From Octopus sinensis (taxonomy: Eukaryota): a stretch of DNA of 64,000 nt. A program made the position numbers and the translations under genes. Within the stretch, counting starts at the first letter, position 1. Every line of letters begins with the position of its first letter. The stretch covers positions 20,150,001-20,214,000 of the forward strand of contig NC_043015.1 of the NCBI RefSeq assembly GCF_006345805.1, in the 5' to 3' direction. The notes under the pieces were generated by a model. It did not search any database and was not told the origin of the DNA. It was given only the letters and a program-made list of their open reading frames with translations. Positions 1-12,876 of the stretch are shown here, one piece after another.

Positions 1-189
1 ACTATCATCATCATCATTGTTTAAGCGAACGTTAAACGATGATGATGATGATAGTTATGCTATTTACCTCTTTTTAGTTTGGGGCTGCAAGGCCCAATTA
101 ACCCTCTGCAGGAGCTAGCTTAAAAGTCTGCATGGAGTATGGCTTTTAAGGTAGTATACATATATAATTGCAGTCTACTTGCAAATACA

Positions 190-417
190 TTAACCGTTTC
201 GTTATCAACCTGGCTGAAACCAGCTCTGGCTCTAAGTGCAAATGTCTTGTCTTTATAAGTTTTGAATCAAAATCTTCCACCAAACCTTAGTCACAATTTA
301 TGTTCCTAACACCAGCTTAATGATAACCATGTTATTTTACTAAATTCTTTGTTATATTTAAAGTAATTGAAAGAAACACAAAGCATCTCAACAGAAATAT
401 GGTAACGAAAGGGTTAA
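190..417. mobile_element. piggyBac-type MITE (TTAA TSD)
   Basis: TTAA-CCGTTTCGTTA ... TAACGAAAGGG-TTAA: terminal inverted repeats with TTAA at 190-193 and 414-417. Confidence 0.8.
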
Positions 418-504
418 GTGTACGTGGTCAATAATATTTATATATATATGCTAGAATGGAAAGCGGACATTAAACAATGATGATGATGATATATATATAT
501 ATAT

Positions 505-835
505 TCTTTTATTTGTTCCAGTCGTTTGACTGTGGCCATGCTGGAGCACCGTCTTTAGTTGAACTAATCAACCTCATGACTTATTCTTTGTAAGCCTAGT
601 ACTTATTCTATCAGTTTGTTCTGCTGAACTGCTAAGTTATGGGGATGTAAACACACCAGCATCGGTTGTCAAGCGATGGTAAGGTGAGGGACAAACACAC
701 ACACACACACATGCGATGGGCATCTTTCAGTTTCCATCTATCAAATCCACTCACAAGGCTTTGGTCAGCCCAAGGCTATAACAGAAGACACTTGCCCAAG
801 GTGCCATGCAATGGGACTGGACCCAGAACCATGTG
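505..835 (-). mobile_element. SINE family A copy (tRNA-derived, internal microsatellite), 5' end missing
   Basis: Reverse complement of the block shared by many copies (CCTTGGGCAAGTGTCTTCT ... GCTCCAGCATGGCC). Confidence 0.85.
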
Positions 836-839
836 AAAA

Positions 840-1045
840 CTGTCCTTGCCTGTGCTGGTGCCACGTAAAAAGCACTCAACCCAATCTGTAGGATGGTTGG
901 TGTTAGGAAGGGCATCCAACCATAACAACTGTGTCAAAACGGACACAGAAGTTTGGTGCAGTCTTCTACCTGGCCAGCTCCAGTCAAACCGTCCAACCCA
1001 TGCCAGCATAGATGGCTGATGTTAAACGATGATGATGATGATGTT
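840..1045 (+). mobile_element. RTE-LINE-related 3' end / family C repeat with (GAT)n tail
   Basis: Ends CCCATGCCAGCAT..GATGTTAAACGATGATGATGAT, the same tail as the RTE fragment at 45488-45884. Confidence 0.7.
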
Positions 1046-1564
1046 GATATATACAGATGTCATATAATGCTGACAAATTTTTTTAACGAGTAAATATCTT
1101 ATTGATGGGACATATAACTGTGTGTGTGTGTGGTTTTGAGAGCACATGTATATAATCATAACCACCACCACCACTGTCTCCATGGCTGCTGACATCACCC
1201 CCCTCCATTGCCCCCGCCAACACTACCACCTTTTATGCCTGTACCAGGGCTGTCTTCTCTCTAGAATGTAGTATCTGATTCCTTTTCTACCCAGGTTTTC
1301 TCTCAACTCATTTGTACTCTGTTGTACTCTGTTGTTCACACACACGACAACACTAACATTACACAACCAACAGAGCATGCTTGCTTCATTCCTTCCATCC
1401 AATCCACCCTGCCCCATCCCTCCACACCTCTTCCACATTTAATACCTGCGTTTCGCTACCATGCAACACTGCATTTCATATACAAGCATTATACAATCTT
1501 TCTTTCACCTCGACGGAGAGAGAAACTCCCTTGTTGCCTTGTTGCCAGCAGAGGCAACAGCTCC

Positions 1565-1935
1565 CTACACATACACACACACAAATGCATGCATACTTAC
1601 GTTCCAGCTGTGAAATGAATACATGCATGTATACCACCACTCTCATACATATACACACACATTTATGTGTCTCAGCATGAAATGCATAAATGCCATCACC
1701 ACACACGCACACACAGACACACAGACACACACAAACACACAAAGGCATGCATACTTATGTTCCAGCTGTGATATGCATACATACATGAATACCCCCACTC
1801 TCACATATGTACACACACGCATGCAAACACACACACACACACACACACATTTATGTGTCCCAGTATGAAATGCATAAATACCATCACCACACATACACAT
1901 GAATCCACAAACACACACACACACACACATATTTG
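1565..1935. repeat. Tandem duplication of a ~160-180 bp (CA)-rich unit
   Basis: GCATGCATACTTA.GTTCCAGCTGTGA and ACATTTATGTGTC.CAG.ATGAAATGCATAAAT.CCATCACCACAC each occur twice. Confidence 0.7.
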
Positions 1936-2189
1936 CTCCACTTCGTTGGATGCTCAGAAACATGCACATGCATATCGCTATATCAGATTACAGAGTGCAG
2001 TCACATGCAAATCGATGTTAACAGATGCAAAACGCATATACTGCAACATGAGAAGAGATTCTTTGGCAATTATATGGCAGTAGTGTGGAAGTTGCAAGGG
2101 CAGTAGTAAGAGTAGGTAATACAATAGAGATAAGTAAAAACAACAACAACAAGAAAAATAACAAATGCCTATCTGTATGTACACATATC

Positions 2190-2795
2190 AACATGTTTCA
2201 TTGCACTGCATTCTTGAGCAAGATATTTAACTCTCAACAATCCAGACCACTTAGTTGTAAGAAAGTATTGTAAGTTTGCTATAGCTAATTGTACTGTCCT
2301 TGACTAATACAATTAACCGTCAACAGTCCACCAAACTAGAAGTAGGAACGACAGTATAGTGTATGTTGTTTGTTGTAGTGACCATGACTATCACACTTAA
2401 CTGTCAACAGTCCAGGCCACTAACCTGTAAGTAGGTTCCATAGTGTTGTATAGTTCGCTGCACTGTGTTCATGATCAAGGCAGTTTGCTGTCAAGAGCCA
2501 AGTCCACCTGACTGTAAGGAGGCACCACAATATGGGGTTGTTCAATGTACTGTGTCCATAACCAAGGTACTTAACTGTCAACAGGGCAATAAGTGAAGCT
2601 GTCTGTAGGTACCCTATAGTGGTACCTAGTTACAGCTTACTGTCCTCTGTCCATGAGTAAGACAATTAAGGCCAATTGATCTACATCTAAGTAGATATCA
2701 CAATGTGATAAACTTCAGTTATATGGCCATGATCAACACAGACAAGAGCCCAGTCCAGCTAGCTGTAAGCAGGTACCAAAACTTGGTGTAGTTTA
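2190..2795. repeat. Diverged ~87-bp tandem repeat
   Basis: TTAACTGTCAACAG-like anchors at 2227, 2313, 2397, 2484 and 2571 (spacing 86, 84, 87, 87). Confidence 0.7.
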
Positions 2796-2800
2796 TGATA

Positions 2801-3003
2801 TTAACCCTTCAGCATTCAGATTACTCTGTCAAGTGTAACTCTTATTTATTCTCATTGTCTTGAATTAATCATGGATTATCTTGAAGCTTCTGGATTCCAA
2901 TGATGTGATTGTTTAGCATTAGAATGACATTGTAGTTGGTTTGGACATAAGACAGGTAGAATATCTGGGCTGGATATGATCAGTTTAAAAGCTTAAGGGT
3001 TAA
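2801..3003. mobile_element. piggyBac-type MITE family 2
   Basis: TTAA-CCCTTCAGC ... GCTTAAGGG-TTAA; internal sequence related to copies at 4925-5124 and 46307-46522. Confidence 0.75.
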
Positions 3004-3505
3004 AGTGTATGTGTCTTTGTGTCTGTGTTTGTCCCCCACACCACTGCTTGACAAACAATGTCTGTCTGTTTATGTCCCTGTAACTTAGCAGTTTGGCAAA
3101 AGATATCGATAGAATAAGTATCAAGCTTAAATAAAAAAAATAGAAAAAAAAGGTACTGCAGTTCAATCATTCAACTACAAAATTCTTCAAAGCAATGCTC
3201 CAGCATGGCCGTAGTCTAATGACTGAAACAAACAAAAGATAAATGATAAATGATGTTTGGTCTTCACCAAGTGCACCCGAGAATATAGAACCTAAATTAT
3301 ATTTATAACTTTGGTCAATACTTTGAATAGATTTTCGTACTATCAGCTAATTATCTCTACAGTTCAAAAATCAAAGAAATTTGTTTACCGTGAGGAAGAG
3401 AGAAACCATTTTATCTGACTTTGGAACTCTTTATACTCACTAATTACTAACACAGACTATCACTAGATTCTTATGGTTTACTTCATTATATCTGTCACTC
3501 TATCA

Positions 3506-3540
<35 letters not shown>

Positions 3541-3564
3541 CATCTATCTATCTATCTGTCTATC

Positions 3565-3690
3565 GTTTTTTTTTAACACAATTCCCGGAAATTTATTTTC
3601 TCCTCCTTTTTTGTCTATTTTAAAAATGAAAAGCTCTACATTGTATTTTGTCCCCTCCGTGTTGGCCCTGTGTGGCTAATAAAGAAACTT
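3565..3690 (+). mobile_element. Short 3' end of Tx1/L1-like LINE inside a (TCTA)/(TCTG) microsatellite
   Basis: Ends TTGTCCCCTCCGTGTTGGCCCTGTGTGGCTAATAAAGAAA, like the tails at 23267-23314, 26950-26998 and 61625-61655; TCTA/TCTG repeats on both sides. Confidence 0.55.
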
Positions 3691-3914
3691 CTCTCTCTGT
3701 CTGTCTGTTTGTCTATCTATCTATGTATCTATCTATCTGTCTGCCTGTCTGTCTACCTGTCTGTCTATCTATATATGTAATCAATATAACAGCATAATGT
3801 ATACCACTAACTGTTATATCTACATACATTTGGTAAGCATTTAAATGTATTTTCACTGACTAACTACTGTAGCCATCAATATCTACTATAGCTACCACAA
3901 CAGAGAGAGCAATG

Positions 3915-4100
3915 ACTCATTGTTGTCATCATCATCTTCGTCATCGATATTGTCATCATCATCATCATCGTCGTCATCATCATTGTCGTTGTCCTCCTCT
4001 TCATCATCATTGTCCTCATCATCATTATTATCGTCATCACCATCATCATCATCATCGTCATCATCATCATTGTCCTCATCATCATTGATATCATCATCTT
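3915..4100. repeat. (TCA)n compound microsatellite
   Basis: TCA/TCG/TTG triplets; source of the poly-D, poly-S and poly-M ORFs. Confidence 0.9.
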
Positions 4101-4924
4101 CTATGCTAACGTAAGCTGAATAGTTAGACAGGATCTGACAGGTCCCAAGATGCTGTCCTGCTTCGAATGCCTCTTTTGTCATGGTTTCTACAGCAGGATG
4201 CCCTTCCTGATGCCATCTTTTTACTGTCTACCAAGTGCTTTGGTCTCCATGCCACTGGCACTCTTGTAACTCTTGTAACTCATCACTGATGATGGGATAT
4301 CATTTATTTCCCTGAAACAGCTGTAAGACCACCTTTCTATTTATAAATGTCCTTGGAATATCAAATTGCCTTGGCCTTGTTATCTCCTTTTATTTAATAC
4401 ACACACACAAGTAGCTAATCCCCACCAAAAAAAAAAAGGCAATAACATGAAGATGTGGTACATGCAAAGTATTAATAAGGTACTTGGGGAAGGAAAGAAA
4501 GGGTGTTTTACATTTTGAGCAAAGCTCTTCTTCAGAAATAAGAGACAGAGGAAAGTCCAAGAGAAAAGGAAGATGGAGGAAAAATAAAATCTCCAACAAT
4601 CCACACAGACACACATATATATATGGTGGGTTTCTTTCAGTTTCTCTCTGTCAGATCTACTTACAAGGCTTTGGTCAGCACAAGGCTATAGTGGAAGGCA
4701 TTTTCTCAGGGTACCATGCAGTCGGAGTGAACATGGTCTCATGGTCACTGGGAAACAGATTTCCAACCATACAGCCATGCCTGCACCTATACCCAGGCAT
4801 AGTATTCAGAACATCAGCCTTTAGTTTAATTATTCAAATTCATGGCATTGCGCCATTTGAGTTACTTCCTTAACTCGTTTTACTTTTTAATTAACCCGTA
4901 AATTATATCTTAACTCAGAACACA

Positions 4925-5124
4925 TTAATCCTTTCGCATTTAAACCGGTCGTATCTGGCCAAAATATTCTATTTGTTTTTTGTTTTCAAACTAAGCAGAT
5001 CTGGACCCTCACACCTGATCAACAATATCATTCTAAAAATAAACAATCACATCATTGAAATATGGAACCAGCTTCAATAAATACTATTACATTTGACAGA
5101 TTAAACTGAATGCTAAAGGGTAAA
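4925..5124. mobile_element. piggyBac-type MITE family 2, opposite orientation
   Basis: TTAATCCTTTCGCATT ... AATGCTAAAGGGTAAA; shares CATTCTAAAAATAAA with 46307-46522. Confidence 0.7.
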
Positions 5125-5474
5125 ACCAACAGCCCATCATTTTGTCCATTCAACCATATCAATTAACTTCACACCCTCCCACATAATCTATTTATTTGAT
5201 TTTTCTGTTCTATATTTAATGGTCCAGTGCACAAGGCCACAAATAATTGCAGTGCTTCCCTCTTAACCTTTTACACTTCATTTGACCTCTCAAAATAAAT
5301 CAAGAAACACACATCCCACCACACACTCTCTCCCTTTCCTCCCCCTCCTCCTTCATCCTACTTTCATCTCCCATTTCTTTCACTAATCCCTCCACCTCAT
5401 CAGCGTGTCCCCTTTTCACTTCCCTTCCACCTCCGTTTTTTCCTCTTCACTTTCCCTTCTTTTTCTCCTCCTGT

Positions 5475-5900
5475 AATCAACCAACCAAACAATTAACCAA
5501 CCAACCATTCAGCTAACCATCCAACTAACCAGCCAGCCAGCCAACCAACCAACCAACCAACCAACTAAGCAATTAACCAACCAACTAACCAAGTAATTAA
5601 CCAACCAGCCAATGAAGCAATTAACCAATCAGCCAACCAAGTAATCAACCAACCAACCAACCAACCAACCAACCAACCAACTAAGCAATTAACCAACCAA
5701 CTAACCAAGTAATTAACCAACCAGCCAATGAAGCAATTAACCAATCAGCCAACCAAGTAATCAACCAACCAACCAACCAACCAATCAACCAAGCAATTAA
5801 CCAACCAACCAACCAATCAAGAAACCGACCAACCAACCAACCAACCAACCAAGCAATTAACCAACCAACCAACCAACCAAGCAATTAACCAACCAAGCAA
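5475..5900. repeat. (CCAA)n-derived compound satellite with a ~116-bp higher-order duplication
   Basis: AACTAAGCAATTAACCAACCAACTAACCAAGTAATTAACC...CAAGTAATCAACC occurs at ~5562 and ~5679. Confidence 0.85.
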
Positions 5901-5930
5901 ACAAAGAAAGAAAAGAATGTCACAACTTAC

Positions 5931-6101
5931 GTCGAGCTTCGACACTTTTCAGTAACATTCCCTCCAAGAATGTGTTGTGCCTCATGTTACCTTTGGCTAT
6001 TTGTCTCCATTCTTTTCTGAATTCATTGACACCAACCACTGCAAAATCCCCTTCAAACAGGTGGAAGTTGGCCAGTGTTGGCTGCTCGCTGGCCATGTTC
6101 C
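5931..6101 (-). CDS. Candidate internal coding exon (171 bp, phase 1-1) of an unidentified host gene
   Basis: Minus strand: acceptor TTTTTTTCTTCTCTTATTTGCAG, donor GTAAGT at 5930. One open frame NMASEQPTLANFHLFEGDFAVVGVNEFRKEWRQIAKGNMRHNTFLEGMLLKSVEAR; the other two frames stop. Protein family not recognised. Confidence 0.7.
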
Positions 6102-6214
6102 CTGCAAATAAGAGAAGAAAAAAACAGATACAGAAATCCTACAAGATACAACGCAATGAAGACAGGTTGTTGTTGTTGGTATGTGTGTGTGTATTTCTAT
6201 ATAGTCTTTTATTC

Positions 6215-6596
6215 ATTTATTTGTTTCAGTCATTTGACTGCGGCTATGCTGGAGCACTGCCTTTTTAGTCAAACAAACTGAACACCACGACTTATTCTTT
6301 GTAAGCCTAGTACTTATTCTATCGGTGTCTTTTGCCGAACTGCTAAGTTACGGGAACGTAAACACACCAGCATCAGTTGTCAACCGATGGTGGCGGGGGG
6401 ACAAACACAGATACATAAACACACACATAGATGATAGGCTTCATTCAGTTTCTGTCTACCAAATCCGCTCACAAAGCTTTGGTTGGCCCAAGGCTATAGT
6501 AGAAGACACTTGCCCAAGGTGCCTCACAGTTGGACTGAACCTGGAACCATGTGGTTGGTAAGCAAGCTGCTTACCACACAGCCACTCCTGCGCCTG
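6215..6596 (-). mobile_element. SINE family A, full length
   Basis: Reverse complement from GGCGCAGGAGTGGCTGTGTGGTAAG to GACTGAAACAAAT. Confidence 0.9.
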
Positions 6597-6646
6597 TATA
6601 GGTATGTATTTGTGCAAAAGATCATATAGTTATATGTGTGTAGAGA

Positions 6647-7030
6647 CACGAGGGGGTACCCAAAAGAACCCAGAATTTTGCAATATTATTTTGTTCACTT
6701 AGTTTTACATGTTTATACGTTTACTGACTTCAAAGTATTCTCCGTTTGAAGCAATGCATTAGTCCAAAGGTGTTTTCCACTATTTGAAGCAGTACTGAGA
6801 CTCTTGCAAAGTGATGCCTTTTAATGCCACTGTCGTTTTTACCTCCACCTCTTCCACATCTGCAAATTCCATAGCACCAGCTTTCATAACCAGTGATGCC
6901 CTTTGAAAAAAAAACGGTCCAGGTCAACTTCCACCTGTTCTGTCCATTCATGACACGTATTCAGCTGTGATGGTTTTTGATCTTCCATGAACAAGTGAGA
7001 CACGAATTTTGTCGCAACTCTTTTCATTTG
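6647..7030 (-). mobile_element. Internally deleted mariner remnant
   Basis: TIR-like CACGAGGGGGTACCCAAAAG. Minus strand encodes VATKFVSHL, ITGYESWCYG (ITGDESW motif) and the C-terminal FADVEEVEVKTTVALKGITLQ..CIASNGEYFE, with stops. Confidence 0.75.
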
Positions 7031-7507
7031 TAATTCCTCTGACCTCAGTCACAATTCTACACCAATACAGCAAGTCTTTTATCAATAATATGGCAAGATA
7101 AAAAATATTCTATTGCATTATGTATTTCTTTGAACAATGACACATTCAAATATATTTAGTGTAATTATGTGAAATAATCTGTATATGACAGTTGCAGATA
7201 TAAATGTTGACTGTCTGATTTCTCCAGTCATGCATTACATTGTATATATATATGTATATACATATTATATATATATATATATATATAAAGGGAGAGAGAG
7301 AAGGTAGAGTAAAAAAAAAAGATACTGAGAGGGATAATGTAAGAGGAGCAGGATGAGTGTGCACATGAGGATTAGTGGCAGGCAATGAGTAAATGAACAG
7401 TCTTGCTCTCCCCCTTTACATATATCCTGAAAGAGAGAGAGAAAGAAACATAGGGACAGAGGAGGAGGAAGGAGAGTGTCTGTGTGTGTGTACATATGTA
7501 TGTATAC

Positions 7508-7723
7508 CAGGGGTGGGCAAACTTTTTTGATCGCGGGCCGCACAGTGCGTCTTTGGAATCTTGGCGGGCCTCATTTATAAAAATCAAGTGAAAATATTGT
7601 GAATTACCGTACAGTTACGAAGTATCTGCATAGAAGTTGGGATTCATAAAAGCTCTCGGCGGGCCGCATGAAAACCTATGGCGGGCCGCATGCGCCCCGC
7701 GGGCCGTAGTTTGCCCACCCCTG
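7508..7723. mobile_element. hAT-type MITE, young
   Basis: TIR CAGGGGTGGGCAAACT / AGTTTGCCCACCCCTG; perfect 8-bp TSD ATGTATAC at 7500-7507 and 7724-7731. Confidence 0.92.
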
Positions 7724-8063
7724 ATGTATACGAACACACACACATAGACAGAGAGAAAATCTGCCTCAACAACATCCATCGGACCTATGCAAAACATAGG
7801 AAAATGAATGTTAAAACGATGATGATGATGATACACACATATACATACACAAATACAAACAACAGGCTTCCACACAGTTTCCACCAACTAAATTCACTTA
7901 AGTTGTAGCAGTTGGCCTGCGGTAATAGTAGAGGGCACCTACCTGAAGTCCTACATTGTGGGACTGAACCTGAAGTCACTTGGTTGCAAAGCAAACGTCT
8001 TAACCACACAGCCATGCGTGCATCTATACAATGTCTAATTTTATTTTATTTTTATTTTTGTTT

Positions 8064-8435
8064 AGGTGCAGGCATGGCTGTGTGGTAAGTAGCTTGCTTA
8101 CCAACCACATGGTTCCGGGTTCAGTCCCACTGTGCGGCATATTGGGCAAGTGTCCTCTACTATAGCCTCGGGCCGACCAAAGCCTTGTGAGTGGATTTGG
8201 TAGACGGAAACTGAAAAGAAGCCCACCGTATATATGTATATATATGTGTGTGTGTCTGTGTTCATCCCCCCAACATCGCTTGACAACCGATGCTTAGCGG
8301 TTTGGCAAAAGAGAACAATAGAATAAGTACTAGGCTTACAAAGAATAAGTCCTGGGGTCGATTTGCTCGACTAAAAGCAGTGCTCCAGCATGGCCATAGT
8401 CAAATGAATGAAACAAGTAAAAGAGTAAAAGAGTA
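8064..8435 (+). mobile_element. SINE family A, near full length
   Basis: A-box-like TGGCTGTGTGG, B-box-like GGTTCAGTCCC, CORE-like TTGGGCAAGT, central (TA/TG)n, A-rich tail. Confidence 0.9.
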
Positions 8436-9234
8436 ATCATAAAGCCTAGTTAGAGCTATTAGTTTAATTAGCGTTATATCAGAGTGGCCATGGTGACGGC
8501 ATTGGTAGTGATGGTTATGGCAGTAATGTTAACTGACTTAATTTGTGCTTTATTAACGCCATAATATTCATCTAACAACAAAGAACCACTCATGACATAT
8601 AATAATAATAAATAACGACAACAACAACAACAGCAACAATAGTATTAACGATGTGATGAATGATTAAAGAAGAGATAGAGTGGTTGACAATATCGACGGA
8701 GCTGTCTGTCACTGCATCCTTTGAGTGCACTAATACAGCATCTCAACAAAGGTACTAAACACCTTGGCTAGTTGTACTTTGATGCAGGTGGTTCCGTTTC
8801 TGCCTTGGACCACTTAACAGTAATGGTTTGCTTAGCTTCGTCCCCACCATAATCAGTTCCATTCTATATACCAACCCCCGCTAGACATTTTGTTAGCAGT
8901 TAGTGTTAACATCTGATTGATTACATCGTGAAGTGGGGCAGGAATTAAATAACACCAGATTTCTATGTCTTTTAAACATAAAAAGAGGATTTATGTGTGT
9001 GTGTGTGTGTGTACGTGTACAGTGTATGGAGGAAATTGGTAGCATTCCAGGCTGGATAAAAATTTGAATTTGTGTAACAGATGTTTATTTGTGTTTTTAT
9101 CGTAAAATATTGTAGAATTTGGTAGAATTTGAGTGCTTTTGTTTTTCTTGTTCTTTATCCTTTGTTCATCACCATTAAATGGATGTAATTTTTATTTGCC
9201 AATATAGTATTCACACACACACACACTATGCATT

Positions 9235-9392
9235 AATATATTCCTGTGTTTTATATCAATATCTATCTATGTGTATGTATGTATGTATGTATGTATGTAT
9301 GTATTTATGTATGTATGTATGTATGTATATATAGATATATACTTACACACATACTTATGCATTAATTGACACTACATATGTTTGTATATATA

Positions 9393-9442
<50 letters not shown>

Positions 9443-9493
9443 TTTATATATGTATGTATATATGTGTGTGTGTATATATATATGTGTGTGTAT

Positions 9494-9543
<50 letters not shown>

Positions 9544-9545
9544 GA
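9235..9545. repeat. (TATG)n/(TA)n microsatellite cluster
   Basis: Directly visible. Confidence 0.9.
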
Positions 9546-10642
9546 GGGTGAATTCAGTGTATAGTAAATTTTCATTAAGCATGAATGGCGGTAGCATTTC
9601 TAACTTTGTCATTTAGTTATTTTCTTTTAGATATTTTATTTACTTTGTTTACGGTGTTATTTCCAGTCAAGCATTGATTTTCATAATGTTATCATATCAT
9701 TATTATCTTACTATATTTTCCCATACCATATCTTGTTTAAACTGTTTAATGGTTTTAAAACTGTTTACGTTCTCATTAATCCAACATTTATTTACTCTAG
9801 AGAAATATCCGCTTTCATTATGAAGGCATTCAGAATGTCTTAGCGATACATTTATGGTATGAAGTTGTTCGCCAATGCAACTCAGCTTCTGGCACACAGA
9901 CATGCTCTGCTGTCTCCTCATTCTGTCTCATCTAATGCTACTACCATAGCCACTGTTCCTCATTTGTAGCCTGACACATGTCCAAGTACCACATAATGGG
10001 ATCAAACCCAAAACCATATAGATGTGAAGCAAATTTCTTAACTAACAGCCTTAGAAAGAAACAGACAGATGGGGACACACACACACACAAAAATACATAT
10101 AAGGTGCATTCAAAAAGTATCCGACTTTATTTTTTCCCACCAAAACTAATATCACGTGGGCAAAATCCCTTGGGCAGGAGAGAGCACTACTCTTCCTGAA
10201 TGTCCCTAATAAATACTATCATCATTAAAATCCACACACAGACGAGCCTGTGTGTGTATTTATTAAGGCAATCAATTTTTTTCAAGTCAATCAATCGACT
10301 GATTGAGTAAATAGAACCTGAACACACCTATAATGCATATCAGAAATGGCTGTAAGTCAAAGGTGCACAAATATAGATATATGTAAAGCACATTTTTTAT
10401 GCCTTTTCTTGTACATCAGTGAAAAAGACTAGTTTAATTAGGGAGTGCAACCATGGATTTATAAAACTGACTGGTAACAGACTTTAACTTTGGATTTTGC
10501 CATAGGATTACCTGGAGTTCTATACCAATCTGAAGACATTTCATTAGCCTGGTGTATTTGTATTAGCAGAGAGCTTGTGAAGTATTTTGTCTGGATTGAC
10601 AATCTGGAGAAGAAGCACACTCTATGAGATGTAGAGCACTTA

Positions 10643-11161
10643 ATATTATAGTGGGGTAGGCCAGTTTATGGGGATACCCTGGGTTTTATGCTCATATGGA
10701 GTTTAGCCTTACGGCATATCTTCAGAACCCAAGCACTGCTGGCCTGAGACCTCTTTAAAATATAGAGGGGGAAAAGCCTTGTTTTTAAGGGTAAAACCCT
10801 AGGTGATTATCTCCCTTTGCCATTGTTCATCGATCTTTGGCCGTCCTGACATCTTGTGGTCACCAAAGCACTCCAAAGGTAAACGATTGGTTTCCAGCTG
10901 TGGTGCTGCTGTGTGGTTTCCAAAAGGCCAGCAGGAATTTTCTAAAATGCAGGCATGGTCTGAAAATTTCTGTCCTGGAGTTCAGGATGACCTCTGGCAC
11001 GAGCGAGTCATCTAGGATCCTACCCTTCAAAATGAGGCTTTTCCCCACTCCATATTTTAAAGAGGTCTCAGGCCAGCAGTGTTTGGGGTCTGAAGATATG
11101 CCATAAGGCTAAACTCATTATGAGCAAGAAACCCAAGGTAACCTCATCAACCGGCCAACCT

Positions 11162-11172
<11 letters not shown>
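10643..11172. mobile_element. MITE with ~165-bp terminal inverted repeats, TA-flanked
   Basis: GCATATCTTCAGA.CCCAA.CACTGCTGGCCTGAGACCTCTTTAAAATAT in the left arm is the reverse complement of the right arm (11005-11172). Confidence 0.8.
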
Positions 11173-11193
<21 letters not shown>

Positions 11194-11314
11194 CTCTAAA
11201 TTCGAATAGAGGTCTGTTAGAGGATTGTTTTAACTTCATGAAGGGATGGTTTCATCCAAGTAAATACTGATTCAATACCTAATAGTTTTGGGGAATGAAT
11301 TTCCTTAAAATAAT

Positions 11315-11343
<29 letters not shown>

Positions 11344-11350
<7 letters not shown>

Positions 11351-11530
11351 ATAGTTTATATTCATATAAAAGAAGAAAAACAAATGGAGATTGGGAAGTT
11401 AATGATTGTTTATTATTAACAGCAAATTAATTATCATCCCTTTGATTGATTTGTTGTTAATAATAAACAATTATTAACTTCCCAATCTCCATTTCCTTTT
11501 TCTTTTTTATATGGCTATAAACTATATGTT

Positions 11531-11534
<4 letters not shown>
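11344..11534. repeat. Palindromic element (~90-bp arms) in (TA)/(CA) repeats
   Basis: AAATGGAGATTGGGAAGTTAATGATTGTTTATTATTAACA versus TGTTAATAATAAACAATTATTAACTTCCCAATCTCCATTT. Confidence 0.8.
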
Positions 11535-11577
<43 letters not shown>

Positions 11578-12576
11578 CTACATACACAGAAACTGAAAGA
11601 AGCCTGTTATATATACATGCCAGCAAAAAGAATGATAGAATAAGTATCAAGCTTAAGTTGATTTATTTGACTAAGCCCTTTAAGGTGGTGGGTGCCCCAA
11701 TATGGCAGCAGTCCAATGACTGAAACAATATGTATGTATGTGTGTGTGTGTGTGTTTATGTATATATATGTCATCATTTTAATGTTCACTGGGGCAGATG
11801 GAACTCAGTGAGGCAAATTTTCTATGGCTGGATGCTCTTGCTGTCACTAACTCTCTCCTGTTTCCAAGTAAGGTAGTATTTCGCTTGACCAGAAATGTTT
11901 TAACAGAAGACTGAAGACAAAGGACACCATTTGTTGGACGATGATGCCTGCTTACGACTACCTTGACATGATGTCATGTCAAAGCAAGGATATAGCAACA
12001 CACACACACACGCACACATGTATGCATGCATGCACACATGCGCACACACACACTGACACCCACCCCACTATGTGATGAACTTCTTTCAGTTTTGTCAATG
12101 AAATCTACTCACAAGGCTTTGGTTGGCCCAGAACTTGTCCAAAGTACCACACACAAACTTCTTACCACATAAGCACACCTGTGCATATAGCCATGCCTGC
12201 ACCAATATATACATGTGTGTGTGTATGTGTATATATACATACATACATACATACACACACACACACCAACATTAAAATTAAAGACATAGTAAGTATGTCT
12301 ACCTGCTGGAAATAAAAGTCAAAAACTCTTACTTAAATTGCCATAATACACTGATAATAACTACAGAAATCAACCGTCCAAAGGAAAACATGCTAAGACA
12401 ATTTCTCAGCCTACATTCAAGTATTTGGATTCATGTGGACCAATTTCTGGACTGGCATAATAGCCTCACCTTTCTCAGAACATGTTACCATGATGGAGAG
12501 CCCCAACCCATTGTATTGAAGTCTGCGTTGCAACTGATACGTTTTGTGCTGAATCATGGCAGCCAGCAGTGTGAAA

Positions 12577-12862
12577 ATAATTTCAATATCGGGCAAACAA
12601 TTCAGGAGGAAAATAATTAACAAGAAAACAATTTGTGAAGATATTGACTCTATTATTATCTAGTGTAACAATTTAAAAATGATAATAACAGAATCAATAA
12701 TATAGGCGATTGCAGGCCCCAAAAAGTATTAAAATTAATCAAAGGACATACTAAATATGTCTGTTACCATCATTTTTAAATTGTTACACTAGATAATAAT
12801 AGAGCCAATGATATCTTTACAAATATTTTCTTGTGAATTATTTGGTCTGTATTGAAATTATA
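12577..12862. repeat. Inverted repeat (~80-100 bp arms)
   Basis: CTCTATTATTATCTAGTGTAACAATTTAAAAATGAT versus ATCATTTTTAAATTGTTACACTAGATAATAATAGAG. Confidence 0.8.
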
Positions 12863-12876
12863 TATGTATATATATA

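Noticed and set aside
3876-4182. Poly-Asp, poly-Ser and poly-Met ORFs
   Set aside because: (TCA)n microsatellite
8098-8286. Recurring peptide ...AIVEDTCPRC..GLNPEPCGW in many ORFs
   Set aside because: Antisense translation of SINE A, not a gene family
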